In this document: in pieces, positions 27,801 through 38,040 of the stretch
Layout of the letters: each line of letters begins with the position of its first letter
How positions within the stretch are numbered: the first letter of the stretch is position 1
Position numbers and translations under genes: made by a program
DNA from: Cyanobacteria bacterium P01_D01_bin.156
Lineage (GTDB): Bacteria; Cyanobacteriota; Cyanobacteriia; Phormidesmidales; Phormidesmidaceae
Direction of reading: 5' to 3'
DNA: 64,000 nt
Assembly: GCA_039024555.1 (NCBI GenBank)
Contig: JBCCQQ010000001.1
Coordinates: 32,001 to 96,000, forward strand
The notes under the pieces: model-generated
Databases searched by the model: none
What the model saw: the letters and a program-made list of their open reading frames with translations, nothing else
Told to the model about the DNA's origin: nothing

Positions 27801-30800
27801 GGTTCCCTCTGTCGTCATAGGTAAAGGTGGTGGTGTTCTCTAAGGCATCAGTTTCAGTCAGAACCTGGTTATTGGCATTGTAGGTGAAGGTGATCGTTTC
27901 ATTTTCACCATTGGTTTCAGTGAGTCGATTACCTTGCTCATCGTAGGTATAGGTTGTGATATAGCCTTGTTGATCGGTTTCACGAATGAGGTTGTTGTCA
28001 TCATCATAGGCTCGAATAATCTCCCCGCCTTGGTCATCAATCTCTCGAATAACATTGCCTCTGTCATCAAAGACAAACGTAGTGGGATTGCCAAAGGGAT
28101 CAGTGATCGTTTGGGTGGAGGCGGCTGAATCAAAATTCAGATCAAGCGCATTTCCTTCAGCATCAATAATCCGAGCGATTTGGCCTTGGTCATCATATTC
28201 AGTACGGATAGTTGTATTACCAAGTGGATTAACTATCTCGGTGAGGTAGTGAGCCCGATCAGGATTGTCATATACAAATTCTGTGGTGTGATCGGTTCGA
28301 TCCTCCACACCTACCAGGTCTCCATTGGCATCATAGGTGTACTCAATGACATTACCTTCAGGGTCAATGATTTGTTCAATGCGCCCCTGGTCATCGCGCA
28401 CAAACTGAATTGATTGCCCGGTCGAGCTGGTAATACCCTCTTCGGTATAGGTGAGGACATTGCCGTTGCGCTCAGTAATGGTTTGTAGACCTGCATCCTC
28501 CTCATAGCGATACTGGGTGCCGTCTTTCGTGGTCAGGATATATTCAGATGGGTTGTAGTTGAAGTTAAAGGGAAAGAGCCCAACCGTTGCGTCACCACGT
28601 ATGGTCAGCGGTACGTTGTCCACTACTTCCAGGGTCGCCTCCACTCCAGGATCTGGTGTAAAGTGGGGCCGGAAGTTGGCTCCTAAGAAGCTCACGGGAT
28701 TGGGCTGTGGATCAAAGGTAAAGCCGATGCGTTCACCGTCTGGGCTGGTCAGCGTCACCCGAGAGCCTACTTTGAAGGGTGTAGCTGAGAAGAAGCCACC
28801 TGTATCAGGAACCGATTCTCGAATTTGAGCATCTTGGAGATCCAAGCTCCAACCATAGCCAAAGTCGTCACTATGTTGGGTATTAAAGCTGCTATAGGTG
28901 CGGCTTACGGTAATGGGAATCCCAGTGAGCGGAATCGATAGGTCCGTAAAGGTTTGGGTGAATTCTCCAGGCTTATTCTCACTGAAGACAGCCAGCACAA
29001 CACCTTGGGTATTTATCTTGCCCCCTACATCCTTGGCTACTACTCGGAAGAAGTAGTCATCATTTGCAATGAGCCTTGGATCTATTGTGGCTAATACACC
29101 ATCCTCAAGATTGCTATCACCTTCAGCTAAGAGGATATAGTCAGGATCATTGGCTGAAGGCTGGCTAAGGTTGACTAAACTAGCGGGAGCATACTCTACT
29201 CGATAGGACACTAAGTTTTCATCTCTAACCGTTCCAATGAGCTCCGTGACTTCATCGATCACCGGATCTAACAACAGTACAGGTAAATCGGAGTCAGGCG
29301 GTACTGTTTCTACCGGCACAAAATTGCCATCCGGTGTAATCAGACGTTTTGGTCTCAATGCTTCTAGAGCTTCTTCATTAAAGGCGACAAACGGTGCTTC
29401 ATCATCGGTGGGATCGATTACCCGGATAGAGAGTGTTTCAGTATCTGTGTTGCCAGAGGTATCGGTAGCTGTCGCAACAACGTCAAAGAGGCCCGCTTGG
29501 TCAAGTGTTACTGAAGTACTGTTAATCAGGCCGTTTACTGCTGAATCAGGATTAAGAGCTAAGGCGTCACCATCAAAGGAGAGATCTAAATCGGTCAAGC
29601 CAACATTATCAAAACCTTGTATTTGTAAGTCGAGAGTATCACCTATATTGAGCACAGTACTGTTGAAACCAAGATTCACCTGGGGGGCTTCTGCATCAAC
29701 GATGGCTTCTATAATCTCTAATTCATAGCTCTGAGTTATAACGACTCCGTCCGCATCGCTAATCTGAATCTCAATTGGATAGATGCCGACAGCATTGTCC
29801 TCCCAAGTAATGAAACCATTTTCATCAATGCTCATCCCATCTGGTGCCTTAGTGAGCACATAAGTTAAATCATCATCTCCATCACTCACCACCACCACTT
29901 GGTAATGATAGAGGGCACCATTAACTACTGTTGTAGGCGGCTGAGAGATAATGTAAGGGGCCACATCATCTAAATTAACTCTGTTGTTGCCAAAGTCAAT
30001 ATTCTCTTTGATTTCACCTGCTTCTATTTGTACAGTATGAAAATCAGGAGAAAAGCTGCTTCCTGGTAAAACCTCAACTCCAATCAAGTCAAATCCTGGA
30101 GAACTTCCACGATTATCAAGCCCTACCACTCTGACAGCTGAAACCGTTTCAGTAAAACCAATAGAGGCTAAATCAAGAGAAACAACTCCACGCTCATTGA
30201 CTGTGCCAAGAAACTCAAAGTCTGTTCCATCAGAACTTACAAAAATATCAGCAAACTCGTTCGCAGAATCCTGTGGCTCAAAGCTACGAATAAAGATGTC
30301 ATCTCCTGGTCCATCAATAATGCGTTCATCGGTAAATCCGACCGTTACATAAGATCCTTGAGGAAGCGCCAACCAGTCCACCTCAGAATTGCGGCTTACC
30401 ACAGGGCTCGGTGGTGGTGGCCCAAGTATTATTTCTGGGTCAACAGATTCGATTGTAAATCCACCATTCTCCGATGTTTCTGGTGGTAATCCACCATTAG
30501 AACCATAAGGCTCAGTCAGTGGACTAGGACTGTTTCCTGCTGCAGAGTATTCCAAGATAATATCTGCATAGCCATCTCCTTGTGGTGCATTACTGCCGCC
30601 AGGAAACGTTTGTTCAAATCCTTGAGGAATAAATTCTCGAACCTGATAAACTCCAGGTAAAAGATTTGTGAAAGCATACTGTCCGGTTTCATCAATGTCA
30701 GGTGTGTCTGGATTATCTCCTGCTGTTACTTGAACTGGTTCGCCGCTATCTAATAATCCATTATTATTCTCATCCAGATAAATAGAGACACCACTTAGCC

Positions 30801-33800
30801 CCGACTCGCCCGCATCTCTGAGTCCATTATCATTATTATCTTCCCACTTTGTCCCACGAATAATTCCACCAGAGAAGTTTCCAAAATCGATATTTTCAAC
30901 AACTTCACCCGTTTCGAGAGTTACGTAATGAAAATCGGGGCTGATAATGCTATTGGGCAAACCTTGAACATTCGCTAATTCAAAACCTGGTGTACCACTT
31001 CCATTATTCAGGGCAGTAACTTTAACTGCACGAACAGGCTCGGTAAATCCAATATCGTTCAGATCTAGTGCTGTCGTTGTCCCTCCATCTGCGACTCCTA
31101 ACAAAGTAAAGTCAGTTAAATTAGAGCTGACAAATACATGAGCTTGTTCATCACGAGGGAGAAATTCAGCGATGAATATGTCATCACCAGGGCCATCAAT
31201 AATGACTTCATCGGTGAATCCAACCGTAATCGATGAATCTTTAGGAAGTACCAAAAAATCTACACTATCCAAATCATTTCCTAAAACTACATCTACGCTA
31301 ACAGGAACAATATCTCGTACTGATCTAAAGTCTGTTGACGTCCCTCCATGAGGACCAGGTAATATCCCTAGACCGCTGTCAAAGTAATCCAAAACAGTAT
31401 CAGCATAGCCATCTCCTGTTGAGGCATTTATGCTCACTGGAAAGGTTTGTTCAAATCCGTCTGGAACCACTTCTCGAACGACGTAGTTTCCTGGCAAAAG
31501 ATTCGTAAAAGCATATTGGCCTGATTCGTCAATGTCAGGTGTAGAAGGATCGTCCTCTGCCGTTACCTGAATTGGTTCATTGGGATCAAGAATTCCATTG
31601 TCATTGGCATCCAGATAAACACTCACTCCTGGTAGCCCAGGTTCCAACGAATTCTCAGGACCTCCAATGAGACCAGCAAAGGCATCTAACAGCTCGTCAG
31701 TTGACTCAAATTTACTACCATCAGGGTCTATTGCTTGAATAACGCCTGACGCGGCATCATTCCCAACACCAAAGGCCGTGAGATTGAAATTCTTGGCCAG
31801 CAGTCGCTCAACCTCATCTGTAATAGAGCCTCCTCTATTTTGGTCGCCATCGGTTAAGAAAATAACATTACCATCACTATCTTGTGTGCCAATAGTATCG
31901 AAGGTTGTTTCAACTTGTCGTAAAGCAGCTTCCGGGTTGGTTCCAGTTGTATTTCCTACGCTAAATGCTCCAGAACGAATGGATCTAAGAATATCTTCTA
32001 CGTCGGAAACGCCATTGCCATCGATATCAGCATTCGATGTAGTTGTGAGCTGAAGACCCTCATCAATCAGGTTCATATCTGCATTAGCAGCAAAACCACT
32101 AAATACAACAATCGAAATATCAACCTGCTCACCGAGTCCTAGCGAAGTCAGCTGTTCATTGAGTGTGATAAATCCTTCGATTTCCGCATCTAATCGGGTA
32201 TCGGCTAGACCATCTCCATTGACATCGCCCAGAGGTGAGCCATCAAAGGCAAAATCAGCACTGCCAGAAACATCGATAACGAAGACCACATCAGGATCGC
32301 CGCCCTGAATTAATTCAGTATCGCGAAAACCATTCGCATTCAAATCATTCCACTTTATTCCACGAATCTCCCCAGCGGCAGCACTGATGACTGGATCAAC
32401 GACGGTAAAACTCTGAGTGTCCTTCCCACCGCGATCATCCGTTACTTCAACCGTAAACACATACTCTGGTTGTAATACTCCAGATGGAGTAAATGTGAGT
32501 AAACCTGCCTCATCAATGTCTGTGTCCAGTGGCCCCTCAATAAGGGTATAAGCCAACTCATCCCCATCCGGGTCAGTCGCCTCTAGCTGATACGAATAAG
32601 TAGACTGCTCACCTGCATCAAAGGTCGTCTCTGGTGTACTTGTAATCTCTGGAGCACCGTTGATGCCTTCACGGGTCAATAATTCCTGCGTCCATCCTTG
32701 ATTGCCTGCTGTATCAATCGTTCTCACCGAGAAAGGAGCAGCCCCTGCTGAGGCCATTGCAGCATCAGTGACAACAAAATTTCCGTCCTCACCAGCAACA
32801 ATCGTCTGCTGAGTATTATCAAAGGTAACGGATAGTCCGGGCTCTGTCTGACCTACTAGGGTGACAACACGTTCGGTTGTAATGCCATCTCCTACCGTGC
32901 CAGTATCACTTTCAGGAGCCAGCTCAAAACTAATGGGTGGTGGTGTCCGATCTAACGTAAAAGTTACCACTGCCGGAATCGACGTTTGACCGATATCATT
33001 CGTAGCCTGGAGCGTCACTGTATATGCCCCATCAGGCATAGAGCCACTGGTTAAGCGTTCATACTGTTCAAGAGAAAGTGTAAAGCTGTTATCTTCCCCA
33101 TTGAGTGCATCAGAGATATCAATGAAGTTATTGCCGTCTACACGTCCCTCCAGTGTTGTGATCGGGCGCTCACTCACAATGTGCCCTATAACCGTTGGGT
33201 CAAATGTCAAACCATCGGCAGTGTCATCTCCTGTATCCTCTGCCAATTGGGCTGTTATTTCGGGAGGACTCGCATCAACACTTCCTAAAAAGACAAGATC
33301 ATACGTAAACTGATTCCTTTGAGGATTCTTAAAGCGGAGAGTAGCATTCTCAGTGTGCTCTCCTGGAGTGAGGGTACTACCGTTTATCGCATTAGAGAGG
33401 TCATAGTAAGGCAATCCATTAAGGGTCAGCCCATCTGCACCTAATACAGTTACCGTTGGGTCACTAATGTTCGTGACTGCCATAATTAATGGCGTGTCTA
33501 TGTCAGACTGCCCCGTATTGCGCACCGTAAAGTCTGCGAGTAATGTCTCAGTTTCTCCATTAAATGACGTGAGGCCATAGTCAACAACAAGGTTTGCAGA
33601 GACATCTTGAATGCCATCAAAAATCAATGATTCTGTGAGTTCTGCTGTTGACTGCTGTGTTGATGTGGGAGGTGTTACCGTTGAAGGCAGTACATCAGCT
33701 GCTAAGGTTTGAATATCCTTGATGCGGGCCTGTGTAGTGGTGTCCTCGTCGTTGTTGATGAGTCGTAGAATCAGGGTTGCCTCTGTCCCTGATACGATGC

Positions 33801-35415
33801 CTGCCAGATTAACGGTAATGGTTTGACCGTCCTGACTGACGCCATCTGCTAGTTGATGAGTTTCTCCTTCTGTCCAGTTAAAGAAGGCGTCTCGATTACC
33901 GGAAATAGTAGGAACCAGGGAATTCCCTTGACTATCGACTAGGGCTACCTCAAATGCATCATTAATGGCATCATCATCAGTCGTGTCGAAGGCGAGATTT
34001 GCGATCGTAAACTGGAGCGTTGATGATTGACCTGAAATGCTGATCGATGACCGATGACTGACCTCAAATTCGCTTCCCTCTGTCAGAATAATTTCACCCT
34101 CAACTTGCTGAGGTGCCTTGAGCGTGTAGCTGAAAATTAGGTCATCGTAGTCGCGATCTCCACCACTACCCAAATCCTCCCACGCCATCGTATTGGCATC
34201 GATAAAGTGGACATGACTCAGCCCATCGGGATTGGCACCTGGATATGAAAAGAAGGCGTGTGGTCCTTGGCCCAGGATATTATCTGGATTTTGAGTTAAA
34301 AATTCAGCAGTGGTTGCATTTTGAATAAGATACCAGCCAATAAACCGCTGTGCTTCAAAATTAGGAGTGGCAATAGTTCCTGCATCCTGACCTTGAGTAA
34401 ATACCACCTGTGAGCGAGTAGCATTTAAGGCAGCGAGGGCATAGCCAGGATCACCTGGATTCAGGTTGCCAATCCGACCTGTCTCGTCATCGACATAGAA
34501 AAAGCCCATTTCATTGAGGAAGCGGGCATTATGGCTGTGCAGTGTGATTTCGCTTGGGATGGTTTGACCGAGCACACCAGGGGTGTGTATCCCTGATTCA
34601 CTGACCGTGAAGACGACATCATTGAAGTCCTGATCGCCACCGCCAGTGATATCTTCCCACTTGAATTGCCATACCCCATCGCTGATTTCGCTGCTTCGAG
34701 TATGGTCAAAGCCATCAGGATTACCGGACGCCAGTGAAAAAAATGCAACGGGGCCGTTATCAATCAGATTGTCTGGATTTTGTGCCAGCCAATTGGCTTG
34801 GCTACTATTTTGAATCAGGTAAAACCCGAGCTGTGTGCCGCCCTGGAATTCGAGTTCTTTCCACGCCCCAGCAGACTCACCGCTGAAAAATAGGACATGG
34901 CGCTCAGCCTGCGTCAATACTGCCTGAGCATAGCCTGCCTCTCCTGGCTGAATACCATTGACACTACCTTGCACATCATCCAGTAAATAGACCCCAACCT
35001 CATTGTTGAAAGCCGCGTCACGTTCAGCCCATTGAAACCGGATGGACATAGATTCAGAGGTAGGACCAGCAATCTGTAGTGCGTCACTAAGGCCATCAAC
35101 TGCGGTAATGGCCTCTACCTCAGAAAATGTGGCATCACTTTGCAATAGCGCAGTATTTTCAGCTAATCGTGTAACGCTATCATCCGGTGTGCCAGGGGTA
35201 TGCTCTTCTTGCTCATATCCCTGCGATCTCGGATCGCTGATATCTGTAAACGGAAAGACAGTTGGAATAGATGAAGTATCCGGTTCGGATACAATCGCTG
35301 TACCTTGGGGTGAGCCGATTAGAGGTTGCTCAGCATCTGTAAATGGTTTTTGTAGGAGGGGAACTACAACAGGGGAGTCTTGAGTGACGTCAGGGAACAC
35401 AGTCACATTATCCAT
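24853..35415 (-). CDS. Giant RHS/YD-repeat protein: 2x DUF4114, Ig-like domains, VWA, 2x SdrD-B-type modules, RHS core, variable C-terminal toxin-like domain
   Basis: WED.xGGD.D(F/Y).D motifs, MIDAS DVSGS, G.KW.D.N.NG modules, many YD repeats, YLRARYYDPATGRFTSQDP...NPINFIDPSG autoproteolysis motif, ~150-aa AT-rich C-terminal domain. Confidence 0.92.
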   Translation of the reverse strand: MDNVTVFPDVTQDSPVVVPLLQKPFTDAEQPLIGSPQGTAIVSEPDTSSIPTVFPFTDISDPRSQGYEQEEHTPGTPDDSVTRLAENTALLQSDATFSEVEAITAVDGLSDALQIAGPTSESMSIRFQWAERDAAFNNEVGVYLLDDVQGSVNGIQPGEAGYAQAVLTQAERHVLFFSGESAGAWKELEFQGGTQLGFYLIQNSSQANWLAQNPDNLIDNGPVAFFSLASGNPDGFDHTRSSEISDGVWQFKWEDITGGGDQDFNDVVFTVSESGIHTPGVLGQTIPSEITLHSHNARFLNEMGFFYVDDETGRIGNLNPGDPGYALAALNATRSQVVFTQGQDAGTIATPNFEAQRFIGWYLIQNATTAEFLTQNPDNILGQGPHAFFSYPGANPDGLSHVHFIDANTMAWEDLGSGGDRDYDDLIFSYTLKAPQQVEGEIILTEGSEFEVSHRSSISISGQSSTLQFTIANLAFDTTDDDAINDAFEVALVDSQGNSLVPTISGNRDAFFNWTEGETHQLADGVSQDGQTITVNLAGIVSGTEATLILRLINNDEDTTTQARIKDIQTLAADVLPSTVTPPTSTQQSTAELTESLIFDGIQDVSANLVVDYGLTSFNGETETLLADFTVRNTGQSDIDTPLIMAVTNISDPTVTVLGADGLTLNGLPYYDLSNAINGSTLTPGEHTENATLRFKNPQRNQFTYDLVFLGSVDASPPEITAQLAEDTGDDTADGLTFDPTVIGHIVSERPITTLEGRVDGNNFIDISDALNGEDNSFTLSLEQYERLTSGSMPDGAYTVTLQATNDIGQTSIPAVVTFTLDRTPPPISFELAPESDTGTVGDGITTERVVTLVGQTEPGLSVTFDNTQQTIVAGEDGNFVVTDAAMASAGAAPFSVRTIDTAGNQGWTQELLTREGINGAPEITSTPETTFDAGEQSTYSYQLEATDPDGDELAYTLIEGPLDTDIDEAGLLTFTPSGVLQPEYVFTVEVTDDRGGKDTQSFTVVDPVISAAAGEIRGIKWNDLNANGFRDTELIQGGDPDVVFVIDVSGSADFAFDGSPLGDVNGDGLADTRLDAEIEGFITLNEQLTSLGLGEQVDISIVVFSGFAANADMNLIDEGLQLTTTSNADIDGNGVSDVEDILRSIRSGAFSVGNTTGTNPEAALRQVETTFDTIGTQDSDGNVIFLTDGDQNRGGSITDEVERLLAKNFNLTAFGVGNDAASGVIQAIDPDGSKFESTDELLDAFAGLIGGPENSLEPGLPGVSVYLDANDNGILDPNEPIQVTAEDDPSTPDIDESGQYAFTNLLPGNYVVREVVPDGFEQTFPVSINASTGDGYADTVLDYFDSGLGILPGPHGGTSTDFRSVRDIVPVSVDVVLGNDLDSVDFLVLPKDSSITVGFTDEVIIDGPGDDIFIAEFLPRDEQAHVFVSSNLTDFTLLGVADGGTTTALDLNDIGFTEPVRAVKVTALNNGSGTPGFELANVQGLPNSIISPDFHYVTLETGEVVENIDFGNFSGGIIRGTKWEDNNDNGLRDAGESGLSGVSIYLDENNNGLLDSGEPVQVTAGDNPDTPDIDETGQYAFTNLLPGVYQVREFIPQGFEQTFPGGSNAPQGDGYADIILEYSAAGNSPSPLTEPYGSNGGLPPETSENGGFTIESVDPEIILGPPPPSPVVSRNSEVDWLALPQGSYVTVGFTDERIIDGPGDDIFIRSFEPQDSANEFADIFVSSDGTDFEFLGTVNERGVVSLDLASIGFTETVSAVRVVGLDNRGSSPGFDLIGVEVLPGSSFSPDFHTVQIEAGEIKENIDFGNNRVNLDDVAPYIISQPPTTVVNGALYHYQVVVVSDGDDDLTYVLTKAPDGMSIDENGFITWEDNAVGIYPIEIQISDADGVVITQSYELEIIEAIVDAEAPQVNLGFNSTVLNIGDTLDLQIQGFDNVGLTDLDLSFDGDALALNPDSAVNGLINSTSVTLDQAGLFDVVATATDTSGNTDTETLSIRVIDPTDDEAPFVAFNEEALEALRPKRLITPDGNFVPVETVPPDSDLPVLLLDPVIDEVTELIGTVRDENLVSYRVEYAPASLVNLSQPSANDPDYILLAEGDSNLEDGVLATIDPRLIANDDYFFRVVAKDVGGKINTQGVVLAVFSENKPGEFTQTFTDLSIPLTGIPITVSRTYSSFNTQHSDDFGYGWSLDLQDAQIRESVPDTGGFFSATPFKVGSRVTLTSPDGERIGFTFDPQPNPVSFLGANFRPHFTPDPGVEATLEVVDNVPLTIRGDATVGLFPFNFNYNPSEYILTTKDGTQYRYEEDAGLQTITERNGNVLTYTEEGITSSTGQSIQFVRDDQGRIEQIIDPEGNVIEYTYDANGDLVGVEDRTDHTTEFVYDNPDRAHYLTEIVNPLGNTTIRTEYDDQGQIARIIDAEGNALDLNFDSAASTQTITDPFGNPTTFVFDDRGNVIREIDDQGGEIIRAYDDDNNLIRETDQQGYITTYTYDEQGNRLTETNGENETITFTYNANNQVLTETDALENTTTFTYDDRGNLIEREDAEGHITTYEYDELGLLDKLTDPLGNETTFDYDTVGNLTRIVDPTVGISLFTYDTNGNLQSFTNPLDDTYTYTVDDEGRVTSVTDPEGGVETTVYNGLGDRVTTIDALGRETEFRYNTRGLLIETIYPDSTLENLSNNPREVNEYDALDRLISTTDEAGRTTFFIYDELGRIVQTIYPDDTPAILDDNPRIQTEYFGNGLVKAEIDERGNRTEFEYDRASRLIEQTDALGNVTSFTYDDAGNQDSITDALGHTTSFIYDALGQLTETEFADGSRRTSVYNALGYVEAEIDQVGITTQFEYDPFGRLTVVVDALGNRTVYNRDLIGNIIEQIDANNHVTTFEYDGVGRRTGMTLPLDQTSETEYDLVGNVISTTDFNVDTITYEYDERNRLIAKRLPDEADELYTYTATGQLQTVTDDRGVTVYLYDERDRLVNRTEPDGRVISYTYDDAGNVRSLTTPSGTITYTYDALNRLETVSDPDGGLTTYTYDAVRNLIQTAFPNSVIETREYDPLNRLLFLENRNDDEVLSSYRYTLDPVGNRTKVEENSGRIVEYDYDALYQIERETISDAVNGNRIIEYNFDNVGNRLEHSDSLEGTTTYTYDNNDRLLTETLNGLVTKYRYDDNGNLRVKLQNGENAATYQWNAEGELVAVDIVEGGETGRIEYQYDHEGIRVSITVNGEETHFLVDKTQQEYVQVIEEYRSSDQVLASYVHGLDLVSQKQDDEHFFYQVDGLGSTRILTNLSGVATDRYIYDAYGQPLYSIEDTNNNYLFTGEQFDSETGLTYLRARYYDPATGRFTSQDPFDGYPAFPETLHDYFYAINNPINFIDPSGRVVFPEHSIKNFSLEAEVASGALSLGRAIFLLKQFSASTLRYTAGVGTPLAGIQDKVKPFLNKGGVFIRTYQTQLVGGTQGAKDFFIKFTGQASTTDYRVVKNGELVFQVLLRSSSRNPTVQINNFATRQSEIIRFVDWSQIDKVYR

Positions 35416-35588
35416 AGTCAGACGAAGTCTGTAGAAGGCGTGGAACGTTTAACTGGCACCCTGGGCTCTAGCTACACTGAGAAAAACCTCGATTTACGAT
35501 CAAATACCCAATTTTTTTTGATACAACCGGATAAACGTAGTCATACTTAAGATTACTTTTGGGTTCTCAGCAGTAGCGCATGATTGGT

Positions 35589-35694
35589 TCACTCACTGCC
35601 CTTTGCCTGCTCGACAGCCAGCTGCAATCGCTCTTCTAGTAGTTCCTTTTGCGGAAGTTCGGTGAGGTATTCAGCAACGCGGATTTCACCTTTC
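35589..35694 (-). pseudogene. 3' remnant of a YhcG/DUF1016 PDDEXK gene
   Basis: Translates KGEIRVAEYLTELPQKELLEERLQLAVEQAKGSE*; the VAEYLTELP motif is characteristic of DUF1016 C-termini. Truncated by IS1. Confidence 0.6.
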
Positions 35695-36227
35695 TAAACT
35701 ATTGGATGTCCTACATCATTCCTGCCTGCCCAAGGTGTCACTCTGAATCGGTTAGTTTCAAGGGTCACACTCGTCATGGCAAACGAAATCACAAATGCCG
35801 AGATTGTGGCCGTCAGTTTGTTGTCCATCCTCAATGGTCACCATTATCCCAAGAGAACCGGGACCTGATTGACCGTCTTCTACTGGAACGACTGTCATTC
35901 GCAGGCATTGCGCGTGTGATGCAGCGTTCAGAAGGCTGTATTCAGCGCTATGTCAATCAGAAGGCTAAGACCGTGCCCACACAAGTAGAGGTCACCAATA
36001 AGCCCAAAAAGCCGCTAACGCTCCAAATGGATGAATTGTGGTCCTTTGTCGATGACAAAGGCAATGAACAATGGGTTTGGTTGGCGTTGGATGTCGACAC
36101 TCGTGAGATTGTCGGTGTCTATATCGGTGACCGCAGTGGTGAGTCAGCTCAGGCCGTATGGAATCGTTACCTGCCGTGTATCGTCAATGTGCGGTGATTT
36201 ACACGGATCGCTTAAGTTCCTATTCTG

Positions 36228-37409
36228 GAGTGCATCCCAAATATGTAATGAGCATAAATGCTTAAGCTCATATAAGCAGAGTAGCGATAAGCTTTGAGCA
36301 GTTTACAGAAGGATAGCCCTGGACATGGATGCCTCTAAAGAAGCGCGATTCAAAGCCCTGACTGAAGAGCTAGCCGCATTACTCTACGAGGAGACGGATC
36401 CTGAGCAAGTCAAGACCCTCGCAGGCATCGAAGAAGCGATTCGAGATCACCTGTTAGAGCGTGTGGGTCCAGAGCTTGGAAATTTTTTATTGCAACAAGC
36501 AGCGGCACGACAAATGGGCGAAAACGGAGTCTCCAAAGCATTGTCGGACAATTGAGTATCAGCGAGAAACAAGGGACGTATTTAGGTGTTAAACCGTACA
36601 GTCGTTGGAGCCCCTACCTTGAGAAGTGCTGTCTTCTAGTGAGTGCGAACGAATCCTATCAGCGGGCCGCTGAAGATATTGCCGTGCTGACTGGAGTGCG
36701 CGTTTCAGGGAGCACGCAACAGCGACTGGTCCACCGTCAAGCCTTTGAACCAGAGCCCGTTGACGTTGGCGTCAAGGAGATGAGTATTGACGGCGGCAAA
36801 GTACGTCTGCGAACACCGCTCGGTCAACCCAGTGAGTGGCGTGACTACAAAGGCGTCAACCTACATCAGTGTGCTGTCAGCGCCTTCTTCCGAGCGAACG
36901 ACACGTTGGTGAATTGGCTAAACCAACAACCCTTGGCCTCGCCGTTAGTCTGCTTGGGGGATGGGCATGACGGTATCTGGAATCTGTTTGAGCAGATTGA
37001 TGGGTCACTTGAACGGCTGGAGATTTTAGACTGGTACCACCTGGTCGAAAATTTAGGCAAGGTGGGCGGTTCGCAGCAGCGGCTTGATGCCGTAGAAGCC
37101 AGGTTATGGCAAGGGGATGTGGATGGAGCCGTCAGGCTGTTTGATGACTGGTCCCATGAGCGGGTTGAGCGGTTCATCGCTTATCTCTCCGAACATCGGC
37201 ATCGGATTGTCAACTACAGTTACTACCAAGCAGAAGGTATTTCGATTGGGTCCGGTGAGATTGAGTCATCGATTAAACAGATTGGCAGACGCGTTAAAAT
37301 CTCGGGTGCTCAGTGGAATCCAGACAATGTACAACAAGTACTGCTGCATCGGTGTGCTTATCTCAATGGGATGTTCTCAACCTAAAATCTGCAAAACTGG
37401 GATGCACTC
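36228..37409 (+). mobile_element. ISKra4-family insertion sequence inserted in IS1
   Basis: IRs GAGTGCATCCCA / TGGGATGCACTC; 8-bp target duplication CTATTCTG (36220-36227, 37410-37417). Confidence 0.88.
36325..37385 (+). CDS. ISKra4-family transposase, two ORFs joined by probable -1 programmed frameshift
   Basis: ORFs 36325-36555 and 36552-37385; slippery-like GGAAATTTTTTA near 36478-36489; IDGG, GDGHDGIW, LDWYHL, IGSGEIES motifs. Confidence 0.85.
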
Positions 37410-37666
37410 CTATTCTGTAGCCTTACTCAGCAACCATCATCGTCCTGTGGATAAGGATAGCGGTCAGACCAGTTATATTGAGCGATTTAACAACACCCTA
37501 CGGCAGCGCGTTTCTCGATTGGTGCGTAAAACGTTATCTTGCTCGAAAAAGTTGGCAAATCACATAGCCGCAATTTGGTATTTCATTCATCACTACAACG
37601 ATCAGTTACGACTCAAACAAAAACACCTTGCTTCTTTTTATCCATCCTTTCCTTAATAGGACTACC

Positions 37667-38040
37667 CTCGACGAGTCCACAAGGCGCTGTCAATGTCATA
37701 GTCGTCTGCAAAATCATCCCGAATCGCAGCCTTCACTTTCGTTTCTAACGCCTCACTTAGTGTTCGTCCTGAGCCGACTTGACGACCTCGGTCGCGTTGA
37801 CACAACGCGGCGTTTCCTCGCTGCTTGTACTGTCGATACCATTTGGTCACGGTATTCGGATTGCCCCCGAGATAGGCGCTAATATTCTTGCCCCGCTGGC
37901 CCTCTTTGCGAAGCAGGATTGCATGTTGACGAAGGTAATTTTGAGTCTCCATCGATAGATGACGACCATCCGAATGCTGCATGAAGACTGTTGCTCGATT
38001 ACACCTCTATTGTCATCCTTATTTCATGGCTGGGGTGATA
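37667..38040 (-). mobile_element. IS630-family 5' remnant truncated by IS1
   Basis: ORF from 37982 MQHSDGRHLSMETQNYLRQ...IDSALWTRR (HTH N-terminus); terminal TATCACCCCAGCCATG on the - strand at 38040. Confidence 0.75.

Larger units (their letters stand above)
35695..37666 (+). mobile_element. IS1-family element, degraded (frameshift near 36160, interrupted by ISKra4; left IR not found)
   Basis: InsA Zn ribbon CPRC...CRDC; InsB DELWSFV, SLPAVYRQCAVIYTD, IERFNNTLRQRVSRLVRKTL; right end ...AGGACTACC. Confidence 0.85.

Noticed and set aside
24907..35383. Numerous short ORFs inside the RHS gene
   Set aside because: Antisense or alternative-frame shadows of the 3520-aa ORF with no recognisable motifs.
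35666..35685. GGTATTCAGCAACG as the IS1 left inverted repeat
   Set aside because: Poor match to the right end, no target duplication, and it reads as IRVAEYL of the yhcG remnant on the - strand.
37117..37656. 179-aa ORF as an independent gene
   Set aside because: It is a chimera of an ISKra4 alternative frame and the IS1 InsB C-terminus created by the insertion.
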